DNA of 63,369 bases, the filler included, from Rhabdomonas costata (lineage: Eukaryota): assembly GCA_019059605.1 (NCBI GenBank). It is 37 parts of 37 records of this genome, joined end to end, with 100 filler letters (N's around TTAATTAATTAA, not from the genome) between each part and the next. Parts side by side here need not be neighbours in the genome. Positions count along the whole stretch, not along the records: positions 22,310 to 23,925 come from JAHMHO010011939.1; positions 24,026 to 25,641 come from JAHMHO010011940.1; positions 25,742 to 27,357 come from JAHMHO010011941.1; positions 27,458 to 29,072 come from JAHMHO010011942.1; positions 29,173 to 30,787 come from JAHMHO010011943.1; positions 30,888 to 32,497 come from JAHMHO010011944.1; positions 32,598 to 34,211 come from JAHMHO010011945.1; positions 34,312 to 35,926 come from JAHMHO010011946.1; 29 more parts are not named here. One strand, given 5' to 3'. Positions 23,701 through 36,757 of the stretch are shown in pieces. Made by a program: the position numbers and the translations under genes. Each line of letters begins with the position of its first letter. Positions within the stretch are counted from its first letter, which is position 1. The notes under the pieces are model-generated. The model saw nothing but the letters and a program-made list of their open reading frames with translations, did not search any database and was not told where the DNA came from.

Positions 23701-26071
23701 TAGAGCAGGTCTCAACGCTAGAGTTGGAAGGAGTTAAGAATGAGTAAAAGTTAAATTCTATCTTCAACTTGGTCAGTTGAGTGTCATCTCAATAAGCAGT
23801 ACGTTGGAAGCAAGCTGAGGAAAGCACCTGCGCATTAAGATCAATAGGCTTTGCTACGTTCGTGTGAAGTGGATCTTCATCTGCCTTCATCTCCTTCCTG
23901 TTGAGCTGTGCAGTTCACAACCCACNNNNNNNNNNNNNNNNNNNNNNNNNNNNNNNNNNNNNNNNNNNNTTAATTAATTAANNNNNNNNNNNNNNNNNNN
24001 NNNNNNNNNNNNNNNNNNNNNNNNNTCTTTCCCTCTCTCATCTCTCTCTAGTGCCTTCTTGCATCACAAAGACGAAGCCTCAGTCCCATTACTCCACACA
24101 CATACACACATCACACGGTCTGTCTCATGCTGTAGGGCAGCCTTTTTTGGGGGCCAAAATGTCTCGAGACACAGATGGTGGTGGTCCTTTGGGCAGTTTT
24201 TGGGTTTTTCCTGGTGATACTTGGTGGTGGTGGTTGGGCACTAATCTCTGAAATCTGAACTATTGTTCCTTGGGATGTTAAGGGTTAAAGGTTAAAGGGC
24301 CATGTGGGGGTGATCCCTTCGTGAGGATATAGGTCTAGGCAGGAGGTAAGAGAGCGGTGTACATCACTACTGTTTCCCTAGAGTAGTTACTTTCATGGTT
24401 TCCAGTCGTTAGCATGCGTATTAATGCCCCAAAAGTGGGTTCCAAGGGGAGGGGGCGCCGTCCGCTGCGTGGAACGGGCTAACATTTGAAGTTCCAGGAT
24501 GTCGACGCCTTGAGATCGTCGGTGAAGAGTGGGGCACGGGCGTCATTGTGAGGTTGGTTGCGGTTGGTTTTTTACTGGCAACGTGGGATGGGAGATGGGT
24601 AACTCTCCCGGGGGAACTTCATAAGTAGCTTACTCACTTCTACTGTCTCGAGCCGTATTGGCCGGTAGGCTGCCTGACCTCCTCTGTCCCGTTGCTCCTT
24701 GACTCTGTTGTCCATGCTTTTGGTATGGTCATCGTGTCCACGCGTGTGCGGACTTTCCCTTCCTCTTAACATATGAGACGAGGCCTTCCCATATCTTTCT
24801 GCACCTCGGTTTACTTTCTGAGGAAGGGAAGCGGAGAACTTGAAGGAAAACCAGAAGCTGCACTTCAGCAGCGGATCGGGGGGGGCCTTTGGGGTGCTCC
24901 TCCTTCTCCTCCGCTGAAGTGCGCTCTTTCTTTCTGCGGAAGCGATCACATCTGTGCGTGTCACTGCAAAAAGGTCGCTGCCGTGGAAGCAGCCGACGAG
25001 GGGTCCCGCACGTGAGTATTGGTCCTTCGGTGCGTGGTAGTGGGACGGGCAGTGCCGATATGTGGACCTGTTGCTAGAAAGTATCAATTTTCAGTTTTGC
25101 AGTTTTCCAATTTCAGAATTGCGGCAGTCCATGTAGTGCTTAAATAATTACTTAATTACTGCCTACTAAGACCGCAGCGGGCTGCTGACGTGAGGCGTTG
25201 CGTTGGTCGGTCGGTTCCTCATTCCTAATCCCCGTTGACGTTTATGTTTTGGCTCAGGCACCACTTCCAACAATTGTATCCCCCTGCACAACACCTGATT
25301 CAAGGGCTGAACATTTGAGAGTTGACGTCGTCCTTCCCTCCGATGGACGTTTTTTTTGCCTCGGCGTTATTATTATGAAACTCCCGTTTGTAGGGATGCG
25401 TGGCCTCTGTTTGGGCTTTCCAGCTCACAGGAATTGTGGCGTTTTCACCCAAGAAAGAATATTTTCAGCACATCCCGATATCTATATCTGGATTGAGGAG
25501 GCGAGGGTTGCCCCCACGGGCTGCAGCCTCTGGTGGTCCCCCTGGGGAGCTGGGGGAAGCGCGTAGCTACTCGGCCTACGCGTTGTTTGATCACCGAGAG
25601 CTTCAGGTCTCTGCATCCACCTCCGCCGCAATCTCAATGGANNNNNNNNNNNNNNNNNNNNNNNNNNNNNNNNNNNNNNNNNNNNTTAATTAATTAANNN
25701 NNNNNNNNNNNNNNNNNNNNNNNNNNNNNNNNNNNNNNNNNTGTGTTTTTTGTGTGAGTCCTTTTAGTTCTGCTGTATTACCTGCGCGGGCATTATAGGT
25801 GACATCTTCTCCCTATTTGCGCGCTTAAAAGATGCTATCGCCTGGTTATTCTTTCCCGCCAGCCTCCATCGAGTTGGGTTGTGAGTCACGGGTGTACAAC
25901 GGAGAGATTGGCGCCAACCGGGTTCTGCAGGTCTGGACTCCCCAGGTTGTGCCAGGAACAGGTTGACATGATTTCCTTGTCAGCGCAGGGCTGGGGTTTT
26001 GCTGCCCGCTTGTAGGCACTTGCCTGGAGACCACCCTGGGCGACCTAACGGAGGTCTTTCGCCTGGCCCAG

Positions 26072-27343
26072 CAGCGCAGGGCAGTGCTAGAGGCGGCCCT
26101 GCCCGCGGGCGCGTGGGCAATGGTGCGGCGGATGGGTCGGCCGGTGACGGTAGACGAGCTGCTGATGCTGTCGGAGATCCCGCTGGGCGCTGTGCAGTTC
26201 CGAGTCAGCGAGGAACTTCAAAAGGAACACTCCTCTCCCACCGTTTGGATTGATCCTCCTATTCTTGAGGGGCAGGACAGCAACGCAACCCGTAATCCCT
26301 TAACTCCCGTCTCTGCAAGAGCCAGAAGGGTTCACTGTTCTCAGCCCGAAAAGCGGGGTTTCAGACTTTGCATGCATCTTTCAATAATTAGACTCATTCT
26401 AGTGCCGCACATTTGGCCTGAAGTCGACAGGCGGTCCCTTCCCGCTTTCCCTGCCTATTCCACTTCGGCACGTTGGAAGATGAGAGTATTAGGTCGCCTT
26501 GCCGTATTTTGAGAGGATACCAGAGGCCGAGCGCTGGACCTACTCCTCACTCCTTGGGGTTTATCTTTAGGCAAAGTTTGGTATTATTCTACGAAAAGCG
26601 GATACAAGCGATGTGGGGGTCGCTGTTCTGATTCATGCGGATCTCCGGGTAGGGTAGATGACGTTTTCCTCGAGGATCTCTGGGTGTTTTTTCGGTTAGG
26701 GTGCCGATCTCGAGGATGTCCTTGAAGAGCTGGCCCATGCACACCTCCAGAGGCGGGTGCTGCGAGACGCGCAGAGCCTCGCCGATTCCATAGATACCAG
26801 TGTGTCGCTCAGCCGCCTGGCCCCCACGCGGCAGGCCTCCGGAGGGGACCTGCTTTCGCCCTCGGCGGCGCAATTCTTTGCCCATCGGGTGCGTGTAGGG
26901 CCGAGCGCCGTGCTGGCGTGGTTCGACGAGAGCCCGAGGAACGCAGCCGAAGTATGTCCCCTTTTCCTCTTTCACAGTTTGCCCCATTGCGCTCACGCTC
27001 TGTGTTAGTGTTAGTATGGTAGTGCGTTGGTGTTAGTCCCGCAGTCCCCTGAGTGCTGCGTTGGCGCTGTGTCGTACTTGTCGTGCAGTGGTAGGCATCT
27101 GAGAGTTAGATGGGTTTCGCCAGCATCTGAACCTCGCATGTTATGACTGGGTCCTTGTTGGCGTTAGCTTCAGCGAACAGCAAATTCTCGATTATTTCGA
27201 TAAATGTGTGCGTTTATATCCGCTTCGATCGGATAAGATGACTCTGGGTTTGCCGAAATCTTTGCAGTCCTCGCCCATCCTGGGCTCGCCGGCCTCAGAG
27301 CAGGGCTGCACGCCCTGCTCCACTCCCCGAAGTGTGCTGAAAC
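26072..27343 (+). CDS. Hypothetical protein, partial; exons about 26072-26203, 26751-26951, 27268-27343
   Basis: GC-rich, AG/GT-bounded in-phase segments (AVLEAALPAGAWAMVRRMGRPVTVDELLMLSEIPLG...RVLRDAQSLADSIDT...). Confidence 0.5.
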
Positions 27344-28227
27344 GTACCCCCAACACANNNNNNNNNNNNNNNNNNNNNNNNNNNNNNNNNNNNNNNNNNN
27401 NTTAATTAATTAANNNNNNNNNNNNNNNNNNNNNNNNNNNNNNNNNNNNNNNNNNNNGTGGGGGGGGCCGAAACACTAGAGGGAAGGGTATAGAGGGACA
27501 CGGCGGAGCTCGCGTGGAGAAAGAAGAAGCACCGCATGAGGAGCGCGGGAAGGCAACGAACGCTAGGACTGGAGAGGGCCAAAAGAAAAGAAAAGAAATG
27601 GGTATCAGACGAGGGGGAATGGCTGTTGGACAGGCGACGGTTGGACAGGCGAAAGCTGTTCTACCCAGAAGTGGGCCTGTTGCAATGATACTCTATGATT
27701 CTGTTAGGTTCATTCACAGCTCTGAAACTCTGCTCTGCATTTTTTACACGAGGAGTACCTTTGGCCCGAGGTCTTTTGTTAATCAGTGGGCCTCTCGAAA
27801 CGCTGCGTGGCCGCTCAGGCCTGTGCCCACACGTGCCCCTTGGCGGCTCTTTCCTTAAATCTTGCTTCTTTCCGCAGCGCAGCAGAGGGTATATCGACGT
27901 ATGCATTCGGGGTGGGGACGGACGCTGCGGCAAGTCGTTTGAGGAGAACACTAGACTTGCTCTCGGGAAGAACTGTTTGGAGACAACGCCTTGAGTGGAC
28001 AAGAAACTTCCTTGTTTCTTGATGACCTAGTTGTGTGACGTGAAAGGCAGCCTAAGCCCATTTGTCGTTAACCTTTCCCTTGCAAGCATTGAATTGGTTA
28101 CCTTAATGTGGCACTGTATTCTATTTCCCCACCTGCTGCTTTCCATACCCCAACCTTCTACCTGCGCCCACACACACATGCAATCCAAATCCATCTCGCA
28201 ATCCGATGTGCTGTGTTTTGGGCTCAG

Positions 28228-29047
28228 GACGACGACACCCCGGCGTCGGAGAACCAGCTGCGAGTCCTGCAGATCTTCCGCAAGGACATCGAGAAGTGGC
28301 TCCACGAGCCATTCTTCCATCAGATAATGCAGGTAGGCCTTCACTTCTGGTGAGGCCATTGGAATCACGACGTGGGGGGGGGGGGTTGGGCCTCGTCAGA
28401 CTTTGTGCTTTCGAATAATCTGACAACACCGGTTTGCTTTCTGACAAATTGTTCAAATTGCACACAATAGAACCACTACTTTCCACTCTTCCTGTTTCAG
28501 AATTCAAAGCAGCTGATAGCGGAGGGTATCGTGGCAGCTGGGGCGGATAGATGTTGAAAAGGAGAAATGGGGAAAATATCCCCGATTATCTTCTCGGAAT
28601 TGCTGTGATCCCCACACCGCACGCACACACATGTCCAGAACCTTCGGCGGTGAGCCGGTTCCGGTTCTCCACAGCACCGTTAGCTCCAACGGCACCTCTC
28701 GCGAGCACCCGTGACCAACAGCGCATGCGCCAGTCAGTCCACAGTGGTCACCAACAACCAAGCAACCAGACAACCAGGCAACAGCCAGCGCGCAAGTGCC
28801 CAAAACACACACACACACACACACAAACGCAAACACACCTCACTTCTCTATAAAAAAATTATCCGCTCCCGGCCATTGTAAGCGACTGGAACAATCGGAA
28901 CGAACTGCCCACTCAATCCCACTGTAATCCCACCTACCTCAGGGCTCCCTGCTTCGAGTGCCCCTGGGGCAGAACAGTGCAGGGGTAGTGAGCTACCGCG
29001 TAGTGCGGGTGGAGGCCGTGGAGCGGGTGCCCAGCCGAAAGTACAAG
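28228..29047 (+). CDS. RTF1: RTF1 (PAF1 complex-associated) Plus3 domain, partial; exons 28228-28332 and 28943-29047
   Basis: QLRVLQIFRKDIEKWLHEPFFHQIMQ|GSLLRVPLGQNSAGVVSYRVVRVEAVERVPSRKYK matches the Plus3 consensus L..I.LSR..LE.W.H.PFF...V.GCFVRI.IG.....YRV..I..V......Y. Confidence 0.82.
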
Positions 29048-31059
29048 GTGGGCCTGGGGTATACCCAGGACANNNNNNNNNNNNNNNNNNNNNNNNNNNN
29101 NNNNNNNNNNNNNNNNTTAATTAATTAANNNNNNNNNNNNNNNNNNNNNNNNNNNNNNNNNNNNNNNNNNNNAAACGCCCGCCTCCCCCTCAAACCACAG
29201 AGCGTCAACTGCACCCACCAGCACTCCGAGGAGTTTCTCAACCGAGGGCCAAGGGGAAGTACTTTACGTCAGCTTCGGCAACGGCCTAGCGTTCCCTCAT
29301 CCTGAAGGACTGCGCTTATTTGGAAGCCGCGAACTTTACTCTGTGACACCAGTACAATGAATGTTGTTTACCAAAGAAAACGGTGTAGCTACAGCAACTG
29401 TCTCGACATGGCCATACACTTACACTTCAGACTTTGGGTGTGAGTGTGGACATACCAAAGATTGCCAGAGCAAGCTAGCCCTGAAATCAGCATCTTCGCA
29501 CCGGAGTCGCACTCGTAGCAGCGATGGTTGGTGCAGCTGTGAAAACGTGAGCATAACAATATCAGTTGGGTGAAAGAACTGTAAAGCGTAATTTCACAGC
29601 TCTGCCCTTATGGCCTTGCGGCCAGTGGGGTGTTCACACGCAAGCGACGGGAAAATAGAAGGTCTAAGTTTCAGAAACTCGTGAGAGAAACTGGAGTAAA
29701 ATTCCTTCGTTCTCCTAACTTTGACCAGTACAAACTTGTCCACTTGTTCGTCACCAGTAGTCACCAACAAAACAGGGAGAATTAACCCAACAAAAGAGAA
29801 CAAAATTTGGTGACCTGAGCCCAGGCCCGCAAAACCCCTGGGATGTCGTCCCACCTGAGGAAACGCCGGATCAGAAAGGCACCCCACTGGCACCAAAATC
29901 AAAGAGAGGGCTCGGTGTTTGTTGCAACCCTGTCGAATTTTTGCATGTTGGATGTCGTTTTTGAAAGTGGTGTGACGCGTGGTGCTCCAGGGGTAATTCT
30001 TGCACTAATCCAGTCCTGTGCACCGGTGTAATATGCTTCAATTGAGGAGGTACAATAATTATTCACCGATTCTGCCAACTTCACCACCGCGATGGCCGCA
30101 GGGATCGCGTACCTGGATTCATGTGGCAGGGAAGCCCCCAGAAAGGCGATTGCGTGAGAGCAGAGCAAAGTCCAGCGTCCGAGCAGAACTGGCCGAGTTG
30201 GCAAACGGAGTCCTCCAGCCACGTGGTTCCAGGCATACACTGTCCGCACTGCAAGACACCGCCCCCCGCTCCACTTCACCTGGACAAAAATAGGACCTTT
30301 TGGGGAGCATTTCCCCCCAAAAATTGCGCGATTGAGTCCAGTGATTGGTTGCCACCCTTGTTCTGGACAAAGATCCGAAATTGGCTGACAGCTGCAGGGA
30401 ACAAATCACGAATCGTAAGAAAACGAGTTAACCGTCATGGGTGACAGCACTGCGCAGTCCCTTCACGTTCTCATTCCCACAGTGTGAACAAGTTTCCCCG
30501 TTGCGAAGGAAACTAAGCTCAACAGCAACGGAAATTGTGTGGTGACATGGACGTTCAATTTCAAACTGGGCTTGAGGGAAGGCCCCGCCACAAAATGAAT
30601 GAAATGTAGCAGCAATAGAGAATAAATCCTTATGCGCACCTTCTGAGGAGCGCTTGCGTTTCCTAGAAACAAACAAAACACAAAACACACAGCGCTTGTC
30701 AAAAAATGTAACGCGACAAAACAGCAAGCCGCAAAGCATTGGTCGAGAGGAGGACAAGAGTTCCTTTCGAAAAGAACTCACCAACCCNNNNNNNNNNNNN
30801 NNNNNNNNNNNNNNNNNNNNNNNNNNNNNNNTTAATTAATTAANNNNNNNNNNNNNNNNNNNNNNNNNNNNNNNNNNNNNNNNNNNNAGTGTTGGGTGAG
30901 TTTGGGTTTAGGGGGAGGGGCCCACGTAACCACCACCTACTACGGGCATGCCTCGGTACCTCGACATGCCCTACGTGCATTCTACCTCCTATGCACCCTC
31001 GGCCCATGCTGGACCTCGGGTGCTGAAGAGAAGAGTAAGAGGCCTGACGGCCATGCTCT

Positions 31060-31290
31060 CACTACGTTCGTGTCGCTACGCTCCACTCACTACGCTCGTA
31101 ATGCAGTGGTTCGCTGCGCTCCCCGCTGCACGGGTCGCTAGCTCACTGTTCCTACTCCCTACGGTCGTGTATACTGTCACTCGTCGCTACGCTCCTCGTT
31201 CCTGTCTCCTACTCGCTACGCTCGTGTGTTCTGTCGGCATTCGCGATGCTCATGCCTCCTATCTTTACGTCCTCAGTCGCTGCGCTCCTT
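31060..31290. repeat. Irregular array of about 7 copies of CGCTRCGCTC
   Basis: Copies at 31074, 31088 (variant), 31112, 31136 (1-nt deletion), 31185, 31214 and 31278. Confidence 0.8.
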
Positions 31291-31538
31291 CGTCCTGTAT
31301 CCCCTTCGTTCTTGCTGGTCGCATGTTCCTTCGTCACATGCTCCCTATGAGTGGTGGTTCGTACTCTCCACCCCCATAAGGGGCCTCCATGCACTCACCT
31401 ACCCCACTCATCACTCGGTATGCCTCTTGATTCGCGGGGGCCCTGTAGAAGAATAGTGGGGACGCAGCAACGACGAGGCGGAGGAGGTGCACACAAATAG
31501 CCGCAGAAGGAAGAAAGATCCACCAGGGCACCACAGCC

Positions 31539-32497
31539 ACCTGGCTTCTTCCAAGCGGGCATGGACTTCGATGCCACAGCCGCGTAGGCTTGGAGCAGCT
31601 CTTGGACGCGGTTCTTGTACTGACGCCCCGTTCTGCAACCCAACTCATCGGCGTTTAGGAGACACAGTGGGCGGGCAATCACAAGGACCTACTCCACACT
31701 GCCTGGGGTACAGTTCGCCTGATCACTGCCAATGACTCTGAGGAGGCAGCCCAGGGGCGCCACGGCATCGCCTTGATCATCACGGGAGCCCTCGCCGCGG
31801 GAACGGTCACCGTGGAGCGCCACCCCTCACGGCTGCTCTAGGTGGATATCCAGCCGACATCCCCGGCGGTAAAGGGTCCATGTGTGTGCCCCCGCGTCGC
31901 AAACCCATGGGTCTGCAGAGCTGCCATTTCATCAATGGCTCGAAGCCCTTGAAACCGTCGTCTCACATTCGCAAGTGACCGCACCACGGATCCCAAATTT
32001 CGTCCTCGCAGACTTCAACGCCCGCCTGGGGCAACACGCCCCGGTCGATGCCACCGCTGGGATGACACGAAGCACGACCCCCGGGGCCAAGGTTTCGGCA
32101 CGAGTAATGACAGGGGAGACCTGCTTCATACGGCGGCTGTCAGACTTGGCCTTCAGGCGATGAACACCTGCTTCAACGTTCCACCTCGGAGCTTACGCTA
32201 TTCGGGATCCCCGGTTGGACATCCTCTCTCGGAGATTGCGGTGGTTCCAAGTCCTGGCGAACCACTTTGGGCTGCTGGGTACGTTGCACCGTCGGTTGGC
32301 GTCACTGGATGGGACTTCATGGATTGAGCCCACTCCCGCTCTGGCCATGGCGTTATCTTCTCTTGGTTGGCGAGCTCACTGCAACCGTCTCGCGATTACG
32401 GCTTCCTCTTGGCCTCGATTGGACCCTGAGCCCTCCTACAGGGGTGAGCTTCGTTACACACCGGTTTCAGTTCCTGCCCCTCGGGACACCGTTTGGA
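31539..32497 (+). mobile_element. Decayed non-LTR retrotransposon: APE/EEP endonuclease domain (about 31539-32185) plus a downstream ORF remnant
   Basis: Motifs occur in order: TW....GL, LIGV*ETQW (QET), GRHGIALII, VCAPAS, FVLADFNARLG, FGTSNDRGDLL, LQAMNTCF. There are two TAG stops and frameshifts, and no introns. Confidence 0.85.
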
Positions 32498-33735
32498 NNN
32501 NNNNNNNNNNNNNNNNNNNNNNNNNNNNNNNNNNNNNNNNNTTAATTAATTAANNNNNNNNNNNNNNNNNNNNNNNNNNNNNNNNNNNNNNNNNNNNGGG
32601 CACGTAGGCATGGTCGGAATGGGATGCCTTAGTAGGGTATGCTGAGGGTGTATGGGGTGGTTGGTTGATGTATGTCATGCATTCTTTGCGTAAGGTGGGT
32701 CGTCACTCTCACCCTTCTGGGACTTGACGTGTGTGGGTAGAATATGTGCTTAGGTGGTGGCATCTTGGCCTCATAATTAGGCCTCATAATTAGTGATGTT
32801 GGGTGGTTCGGTCTCACGTGGGTATTTGGTGGTATGTTGGCTCGGCATTCTGAGTTGGAGGATGAGGGTGTGGATTCTGAGTTGGTGTGTGCGTGGGTCT
32901 TTGTGTCTTTGGGTTCGCGTTTCCGTCTTCGGGTTTTGTCTTAGGTGTTTGGTTGTTTGGGTCTTCCAATTTCCTGTTCTGATTCGAGTCTACTGCATGT
33001 TCACTGCTGAAACCTCGTATATTGCTGTCAACAAACTGAGTGAATTGGGCACTTGGATGGATCTGAAAATTAAGGACTAAACGCACGCTCCTGGGGGATG
33101 AAATAGAAACAGGATGGATGTGATTAATCTTTGACAAGGAAACACCCTCCTAGTGGAAAAAATGAAATGTAAATGCCATTTACGGTTACAGCTCCCGTCA
33201 GCGCCGCAATGACTCTGAAATGTGCTCAGTACCTGGTATTGCCTCATCCAACCGACTTCATGAATAGTTCAAACTTGGATTCTAGCATAGATGGTGGGAC
33301 CATGTAATTTCTCAACTTCAAGAGAGAGCGTCTGGCTTTTTTTTTTTCAGTCAAACAAAACAGGAAAGATAGCCAATGGGAAACGTCACTGCGTCCGCTG
33401 ATCGAATTGCTCAAAATGATTTGCAGTAAAAGCCGGCAGAGCCTTCTCTCCTCCTGCAAATGTAAACAAGATATTTACTTGTCTGTGACCAGTTTGCCCC
33501 TCAGCAAGAGACAGGGTGTTCAGCAGTTAGTGAGAAGGCGTCGTAGAGTGAGCTGACCAACGATGCCGGACGGGACATGTGCCCGCTGGTACACGCCTGG
33601 GCTGCGTTAAGAGGAGGATGTTGGAGGGGGAGGCACAGAGGGACAGAGTGCCCGTGCAGCTTCGCCCAGAAGCGGGAGAGCAGCAGAGCAGCAACGTCGT
33701 CCCAAGGGGAAGAGGAGAGCCGTGAAAAACGTGAC

Positions 33736-34095
33736 CATGTTTCGGCCACCGGTAAATGAACGTCCACGGAGAAGCGTCCGCTCCTCTCCACGATACGGTC
33801 CAGTAGCGAATTGGCGAGCAAGATTTGTGTCAGTAATCCTGCCCTCAAGATAGGCCCTCCTTTCGTTGTTAAAATCAGTCCAGTACGAAGTGAACAAAAA
33901 GTCATAGGAGACCTCGGGAAACGACTCTGACGAGCACAGAGTATCCCCCTTAAAAAAGTAAAAATGTTTAAAGTCCACCTCATCCGATAACATCTCGTAG
34001 AGGGCTGCGATTTTTGGTTCTTTCAAGAACCGGTAGTAGTGGAAAGCATGGCGCGCATTATCAATAATGAACTTCATTTTTATGGAAGTAAAAAC
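33736..34095 (-). CDS. Hypothetical protein, one 120-codon exon
   Basis: CAG- and GT-bounded open frame VFTSIKMKFIIDNARHAFHYYRFLKEPK...GGRNM next to a very AT-rich intron-like tract. Confidence 0.5.
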
Positions 34096-34598
34096 CTGAA
34101 GTACCAAAAATGTAATATCTAAATATAATATGAATATTACAAAATTACATTTATTCAATTTTATTTTAAAATTAAATAGATCAATCTCAACACATGTCAT
34201 ACGTAATGAATNNNNNNNNNNNNNNNNNNNNNNNNNNNNNNNNNNNNNNNNNNNNTTAATTAATTAANNNNNNNNNNNNNNNNNNNNNNNNNNNNNNNNN
34301 NNNNNNNNNNNGTTTTTTGGGTTCAACAACAACAACAACAACAACAACTCGCCCCCCCCCGCTAGGTCACTCGGAGGCCTTTCAATTCAATCTCACTCAA
34401 TCACTCACTGCTGCTATTTGTTATTCCTCGTTCTTGACAGCCCTCTTGGCCCTCGGATGGGCTCTTCTAAACACACAGGGGCCACTTTGTGTGTTTTCCC
34501 AGTGTTTCCTCTGCAGAGTTTCAAGTGCAGGGCTCGGGTCAAAACCACGTTTTAAGGACGGGGTTTTTCTTGTTGAAATGCACAGAAAAAAATACTAC

Positions 34599-35499
34599 CT
34601 GGGCCTCTTGCTCCAGTTCCTGCACTCTCTGCTTCAGAGGCAGGAGCTCCTCTTCTCCAGATGAGCCCTTGTTTGGAGTGGAGCTATGTGCCGCTGCCGC
34701 CGTCGCCGTGACCTGCTCGCGGAGTTGTGCCTCGGCCTCGCCCCGTGCAGCATCCACGGCTTCCCTCTCATGGACCTGCCCCCACCACATACACCGGAAT
34801 CTGATGGATGCGATAATATTCCAAAAAAGCGCCAAACTCGTCCACAAAACATAAGGAACATTTGAATAGTACAGTTGCAGGGGGTACGAAATCCCATCAA
34901 CAAATCAACAAGAGAGCTTGCATCCAAATTTGCTTTGTTATAATTCCGGTTCAAAAGGGGGGGGGCATGTTGGGCAGACATACATCAGACGCGAGGAAGG
35001 GAGGAGCAGAAAAACAATCAAAAACATGCGCCCGAGAACTAGAACCTAGAAACCCAGGTAAAGCAGGAGGACAACTTGGGGCGCACTTACCGCAGCGTCC
35101 CGAAGCTGGCCTTGCAGCTGGGCCACCTGCAGTCTGAGCTGTTCCGCCTCCTGTGCCAAGCCCTTCTCGTGTTGGGCGGTGGCCTTCCGCTTGTCCTGTA
35201 CGGGCATAGGCAGTGCGTACTTCTCGCACAAGACAACCTTGACATCAAGCAGGTGTACAAATGTTCCTGCATCCACTTTGATGTACTTGGGTGAAGTCCA
35301 CCCCGCTGAGTCAGATAGACGCAGGATCGAGGTAAAGAAGAGGGAGGGGTACCTCGGCGTGAGATTGTTGCTCCTCGAGCTGGGCCCTCAGCGCGGCAAG
35401 GTCGGATGCAAGGCTGCTGCGAAGCTTTTCGGTCTCTTCAACTTGGCCCCGTACTTCCATCAGCTCAGCGGCGAGAGGCGCCAGCTTGCCCTCGGCAGC
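34599..35499 (-). CDS. Coiled-coil protein, partial; exons 35499-35353, 35195-35091, 34775-34599
   Basis: Heptad-rich A/E/Q/L sequence across phase-0 GT-AG introns. Confidence 0.75.
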
Positions 35500-36146
35500 C
35501 TGTGGGCCACGCCCCAGAGAGAGAATCCTTTATACGCAGCCCCGTAATGGTGGTCATGTGGGACACGACCGCCATAAACAAATCTTATGGTGGCTTTCAT
35601 GCGCTAAATACTCATTCATTAGAAAAAGTTTGGGAGTAGGGATGGGGTACAGGCGAGAAACTGTGCGCTGGGGAGATGCAACAAGAGGCAAAAAGGAAAT
35701 AAAAGAGCATTCAATATGCAAAAATCCCCCGCCGTGGGTGGATGTAAAGAATTGCATTTATAATGTAACGGTGCATGTGCATGGTCAAGGTGTATTGTAT
35801 GCGTGTACATTTGAGGGACTTCAGGATAAACAAAAAGGTCCCAAACTGATTTGCTTAAAGCGGAGAGGTGCGTGACTTTTATTTTGTCACACAAGTTCGA
35901 GAAGCTGACTCTAGAGATGCGTGACCNNNNNNNNNNNNNNNNNNNNNNNNNNNNNNNNNNNNNNNNNNNNTTAATTAATTAANNNNNNNNNNNNNNNNNN
36001 NNNNNNNNNNNNNNNNNNNNNNNNNNTGTTGCGTGTGTTTGGGTGGGTTTGTAGAGGACAGGATGTTCACAGGGTTTGCTGGAGGAATGGAGTGAGTTAG
36101 ACCCTTTTCTATGCAGCCACGTCCTCTCCATTATCCTTTTTCACAG

Positions 36147-36757
36147 CCGCTGACAGCCCGCCTGGAGTCGTACACGAAGCAAAGCCAGGCTACTTTTGAG
36201 GCAAAAAAGGTCTTGATTGTTCCTGGGCAGTTTTTTTTCTTTTTTCTTGTCGTCCTCATTGTTGTTGCTCATTTGCCCAGAATTGTCGTATATTATTTCT
36301 TTTTTATCACGGTGCATTGGAATCACTGGAATTGGGAGTACTGCTTGATGTACGCCCGGGTCTCGGTTTCCGAGTTTCGCTTGGACAGTGAGCAGAACCC
36401 TTCTCCCCCCCCCCTTCACCCAACGCCTTCTCTTGCTGAATGCCAGCACCAGGATCAGTTGATGGGAGGTTTGCGCAACAAGGATTGAAGAAGCAGACGC
36501 AGTTATGCAGCAGGGTCTCAGAGGCCCGGTTCGCGCCAACCTGGGTAGTAAAAAATCTTCACTCAATAATTTAAGAGCGAATTGATATTGGATGAAAAGC
36601 TTATGGGCATGAACGGCATGAACGGTAGGCTGAGCTCGAGCAAGCCTTCGGTCGGAGTACCAAGAAGGTGGAGAAGCAGCTAAAGAAGGAGATGGACGCT
36701 GCCCTGCTGGCCGCTCAGAGTGCCGATGCCGTTCCTGCCGCGGGTGATCCTTCGAAG
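36147..36757 (+). CDS. Helical hypothetical protein, partial; exons 36147-36209 and 36629-36757
   Basis: PLTARLESYTKQSQATFEAKK|AELEQAFGRSTKKVEKQLKKEMDAALLAAQ, joined by a phase-0 GT-AG intron. Confidence 0.55.

Noticed and set aside
29173..30787. Intronless, coding-looking contig (possible viral or transposon remnant); similar case at 55500-56507
   Set aside because: The frames I translated are interrupted and I recognised no motif. A translated profile search would be needed.
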